Source of the DNA: an uncultured virus (IMG/VR IMGVR_UViG_3300005436_000011)
Taxonomy: Duplodnaviria > Heunggongvirae > Uroviricota > Caudoviricetes
Direction: 5' to 3' (one strand)
Virus record (IMG/VR): IMGVR_UViG_3300005436_000011
DNA: 64,000 nucleotides
Part shown: piece after piece, positions 60,730-64,000 of the stretch
Layout of the letters: every line of letters starts with the position of its first letter
How positions within the stretch are numbered: the stretch's first letter is position 1
Notes under the pieces: generated by a model
Database searches by the model: none
Told to the model about the DNA's origin: nothing
Seen by the model: only the letters and a program-made list of their open reading frames with translations
Translations under genes and position numbers: made by a program

Positions 60730-62907
60730 ATGACCACGATTCCCCACAAGGTGTTCCTTCCCGCGGTGGGTGCCCTGCTGACCCTCTCACTGGGCATCAC
60801 CCTGATCCTGTCCGAACTACCGTCGTGGCTCACGGTTCTGATCACGATCGCCGCGACGGGCGTCACGGTTCTGATTTCGGAGCAGCTCGTGCTCAGCGCG
60901 TGGTGCCTCGCGGACCTGACCGTGGACGGCAAGGGGATCGCGGTTCGTCTGGTGGCGCTCGCGGTGGTGAGCGACGGCTCGCTCGCGGTGTTTCTCGAGG
61001 TAGCGGGCCTGAGCGCGCTGCCTCTCGCCCTGCTCGGTCAGCTCGCGCTGGCCGTCTCTCAGGTCCTCGTGGCCGTGGTCGCTGACGCGTACCTGTTCCG
61101 GATGCGGCCCCGGCTGAGGCGCGTGGCCTGGGAGAGGCAGCAGCACGCCGCGAGGCAGCGACAGCAGCAAGTTGAGGTGAGGAAGGGTCGGGAGAGGGCC
61201 GACGCGCTCGTGAGGGCCGACCCCGCGACGGTGACCACCACCGAGAGCCACGACGTTCGGATCATGCGAGAGGCCCTCAAGCGCGTCAAGCTCGACTGGG
61301 TTGAGATCCGGGGTGAGCCCACGCGCCTGAGCGATGACCGCGGGCTCTTCGGCATTCGCTTTGAGGTTCAAATCACCTCAACGGCGATGCTGAACAAGAA
61401 CCAGCGCACGCTTTCCGTGGACAGCGCGGAGCCGATCGCGGTGGCTCTCTCGGAGCTCCTGAACCAGCGGCTGCACCGGAAGTGGGTGGCCATTCAGCGC
61501 CTCGAGCACGCCGGCGGCTACACGATCACGGTGACCACGCAGGACGTCATGAAGCGGGTCTACCAGTTTCAGGACACGCTCGAGTGGGGGGACATCGAGG
61601 TTCCAGCTCGGGTGGGCTTTGGGTTGGATGCGCGGCCCATTTACCTAAAGCTTCGGCAGCACGGCCAGTTCCTGGGAAAGACCCGAGCCGGCAAGTCCTC
61701 GCTGATCAACTGCACGATCGCCTACGGCACCCGCTGCCGCAACGTCGTGTATTGGATCTGCGGCGTGAAGAAGCTGTACGACATCCTCGCCGGCTGGCTC
61801 GAGATCTACCTCGACACCGAGTTCGACATGCCCTTCGACTGGGTCATGGCGGGCCCGGCGGACACCGCGGAGATGCTGGCCGCCCTGGAGCGCGTGTCGC
61901 GGTACCGCCAGTCCCTACGCAACCACGAGCGGCAGAACCTGCCGGACATCATCCTCGTCCTGGATGAGGCCAGCTACGCCCTGCGCGACACCTCGGTGAC
62001 GGGCGAGGTGGACGGCCTCGACCTGACCATGTCGGCCCTGTGCGGCATGATCACCCAGGGCGCGGGGTCGGCGAACTGCTGGCTGCACTACGCCACGCAG
62101 CGCGACACCAACGACCAGCTCGGCAGCGTCGGCGGCGACATCCAGGCGCAGGTCGGGTTCACGGCCATGTTCGGCACGCAGGACAACCTCTCGCTCGGTC
62201 GGCAGCTCGGTGACTTCAAGCTGCCGCCGCCCACCCACAAGGGCGAGTACTACCTGAAGAACGACGACGCGGAGGAGACCTACCCGGTCCTGGTGAAGTC
62301 GGAGTACATCCAGGAGGATGACCCCAGCAAGCCCGTCCTGCACGACGGGCTCAAGCTCAGCGAGGTGTCTTGGTCGCGGCGGAACTTCAAGACCCGCCTC
62401 GACGAGGGGTCGCAGCGCGCCGCCGGCGAGGTGTACCTGCGGCGGCCGACCCGGGTCACGGAGCGGTTCATCGACTACCTGCGAAACCCGCGGGGCGTCT
62501 CGATGCCCCTCAGCGGCCTCAGCTACGGGGCCGGGACGGCCACCGAGGTCGACCCGGACGAGGCCGCGAGGGACCTCGCGAGGCACCAGGGGCTCGACTT
62601 CGATGACCTGCCGCCGGCGCAGAGGGAGGCCTACCGGGAGGTCGCGCGGGAGCTCCACGAGGACGTTCCGGCGCCGTCGGACGAGCCCAGCGCGCCGGTC
62701 AGTGGCAACCTCACGGAGCAGGTCACGTGGGTCCTGCGCCGCGCCGGCCGCCCCCTGGCGATGCGGGACCTCCTCGACGCGATGCGGACCGCTGGGCTGG
62801 AGGTCCGCAGCGAGGGGTCGGTGCGCAACCTGCTCGGGAAGCTCGTGGAGGACGGGGTCCTCACCCGAGGCGCGGACCGCCTCTACGAGCTTCCCGACGG
62901 TAACTGA
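60730..62907 (+). CDS. TraB-like FtsK/SpoIIIE DNA translocase with C-terminal winged helix
   Basis: N-terminal TM helices, Walker A GKTRAGKS, Walker B ILVLDEA, ATQR, C-terminal wHTH (SEGSVRNLLGKLVEDGVL.R). Confidence 0.8.
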   Translation: MTTIPHKVFLPAVGALLTLSLGITLILSELPSWLTVLITIAATGVTVLISEQLVLSAWCLADLTVDGKGIAVRLVALAVVSDGSLAVFLEVAGLSALPLALLGQLALAVSQVLVAVVADAYLFRMRPRLRRVAWERQQHAARQRQQQVEVRKGRERADALVRADPATVTTTESHDVRIMREALKRVKLDWVEIRGEPTRLSDDRGLFGIRFEVQITSTAMLNKNQRTLSVDSAEPIAVALSELLNQRLHRKWVAIQRLEHAGGYTITVTTQDVMKRVYQFQDTLEWGDIEVPARVGFGLDARPIYLKLRQHGQFLGKTRAGKSSLINCTIAYGTRCRNVVYWICGVKKLYDILAGWLEIYLDTEFDMPFDWVMAGPADTAEMLAALERVSRYRQSLRNHERQNLPDIILVLDEASYALRDTSVTGEVDGLDLTMSALCGMITQGAGSANCWLHYATQRDTNDQLGSVGGDIQAQVGFTAMFGTQDNLSLGRQLGDFKLPPPTHKGEYYLKNDDAEETYPVLVKSEYIQEDDPSKPVLHDGLKLSEVSWSRRNFKTRLDEGSQRAAGEVYLRRPTRVTERFIDYLRNPRGVSMPLSGLSYGAGTATEVDPDEAARDLARHQGLDFDDLPPAQREAYREVARELHEDVPAPSDEPSAPVSGNLTEQVTWVLRRAGRPLAMRDLLDAMRTAGLEVRSEGSVRNLLGKLVEDGVLTRGADRLYELPDGN

Positions 62908-62916
62908 GAGCACACG

Positions 62917-63009
62917 GTGCATGTGTCATATGCACCCGACAGGTACCCCCTGACCGGGGCATGCAGGGGGCTCAGGGGGTGCGTGTCATATGTCATATGA
63001 CACATGACA
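62917..63009. repeat. TGTCATATG palindromic repeats after the translocase gene (candidate clt-like site)
   Basis: GTGTCATATGCAC and GTGTCATATGTCATATGACACATGACA in an AT-richer intergenic patch. Confidence 0.5.
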
Positions 63010-63050
63010 GCTACCGAGAGTAACATCACACCGAGCTAGGGAGACCAACC

Positions 63051-63809
63051 GTGTGCCTCGGGCGCACCCACGTTCTCGGCGGCGTCGCGGGCGGCTTCGC
63101 CGTCGCCGACGCCTACTCCGCCCTCGTGCGGCAGCTGCCGCTGACGGTGAGCCTCGCCTGCGCCGCCGTGGCTGGCGGGGCGGCCCTGCTCAACGACCTC
63201 GACACGCCCTCATCCACCGCGTCCCACTCCCTGGGGCGGCTCAGCCAGGGGGCGGCGCGGGGTGTCCAGTGGCTGGCTCAGGTCGCGTTTGAGGCGACCG
63301 CGACGCCGGCCGACGCGCGGTACGGGTCACCGGTCCACCGAAGCCTCACCCACACCGGGGTCGCGGCCGTCGCGGTGGGAGCCGGCACGTGGCAGCTCGC
63401 GCGGCTGGGCTGGGGCGTGACGCTGGCCGTGACCCTGCTGACGACGTTCCTCGCCCTTCGGGCGCTGACGAGTCAGCGGGGCGTGGGGTCGGTGGCCGCG
63501 ACGCTTCTCGGCGGCGGCGCGATCACCCTCGCGGCGCCGACCCCGGTCATCGTGGGGCTCGCGGTCACCGCGGGGCTGCTGAGCCACGACGTTCTCGACG
63601 GCTGCACGACGATGGGGGTGCCGTTCTGGTGGCCCCTGCGGATCCGCGGGATGCGGTGGCGGCGGGTCGGCCTGCCGCGCTTCCTGCGCTTTCACACCGG
63701 CGCGAGAGCGGAGGCGTGGTTCACGATACTGGTGAGCGCGGCTGGCGTCGCTCTGCTGCCGCCGGTTCTCGCGGTTACGGTGAGCTTGGCGCACGTCTAC
63801 CTACGGTAA
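63051..63809 (+). CDS. membrane-bound metal-dependent hydrolase (YdjM/DUF457-like)
   Basis: TH, LLNDLD, HRSLTH, SHDVLDGCT..GVP motifs with TM helices. Confidence 0.85.
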   Translation: MCLGRTHVLGGVAGGFAVADAYSALVRQLPLTVSLACAAVAGGAALLNDLDTPSSTASHSLGRLSQGAARGVQWLAQVAFEATATPADARYGSPVHRSLTHTGVAAVAVGAGTWQLARLGWGVTLAVTLLTTFLALRALTSQRGVGSVAATLLGGGAITLAAPTPVIVGLAVTAGLLSHDVLDGCTTMGVPFWWPLRIRGMRWRRVGLPRFLRFHTGARAEAWFTILVSAAGVALLPPVLAVTVSLAHVYLR

Positions 63810-64000
63810 ACGAGCTGAGGTATGCTGCGAGCTGAGAGCTGAGCCCGCCGAGCGAGGAGCTGAGAGCCGTGCCTCACAAGCGAGCCAAGGAGATCAAGGT
63901 GGATGACATCGTGTGGGGATCCGCCGGCTGGTGGCGCGTGACCAAGATCTACCAGAACTTCGGTGGCCGACCCGGCGAGTACGCCTTCGACACCGAACAC

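Overview
High-GC (~70%) actinobacterial siphovirus genome segment. No integrase or DNA polymerase lies inside the window. Layout: (1) 1-9.1 kb, + strand: end of a replication module, a DNA-modification cluster (GT-B-like glycosyltransferase, dimeric dUTPase/MazG-like enzyme, HNH, divergent C5 methyltransferase, FkbM methyltransferase), then small early genes, several with SigA-type promoters buried in hairpins, ending with an ADP-ribosyltransferase. (2) 9.2-45.3 kb, - strand: complete virion and lysis operon (terS, terL, multidomain portal, protease/scaffold, capsid, embedded glycosylation cluster, His/Arg-rich protamine-like gene, tail tube, frameshifted chaperones, tape measure, minor tails, lysis cassette). 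(3) 45.3-51.3 kb, - strand: secreted LysM-Rpf, PNKP-type phosphatase, Ro60/TROVE gene, and directly upstream a ~1.5 kb all-RNA locus. That locus holds 5 tRNAs, 5 Y-RNA-like genes with interchangeable payloads (tRNA-elbow mimics, anticodon-loop mimics), a free circularly permuted tRNA-Ala-like RNA, a double T-loop RNA and further structured RNAs. It is the most novel part of the window. (4) 51.3-64 kb: small accessory genes, a Bro-N regulator, a DenV-like glycosylase and an actinomycete plasmid-type conjugation module (Spd-like membrane proteins, TraB/FtsK translocase) overlaid with a dense TGNCA motif array. All calls come from reading the sequence and recognising motifs by eye; no database searches were run.
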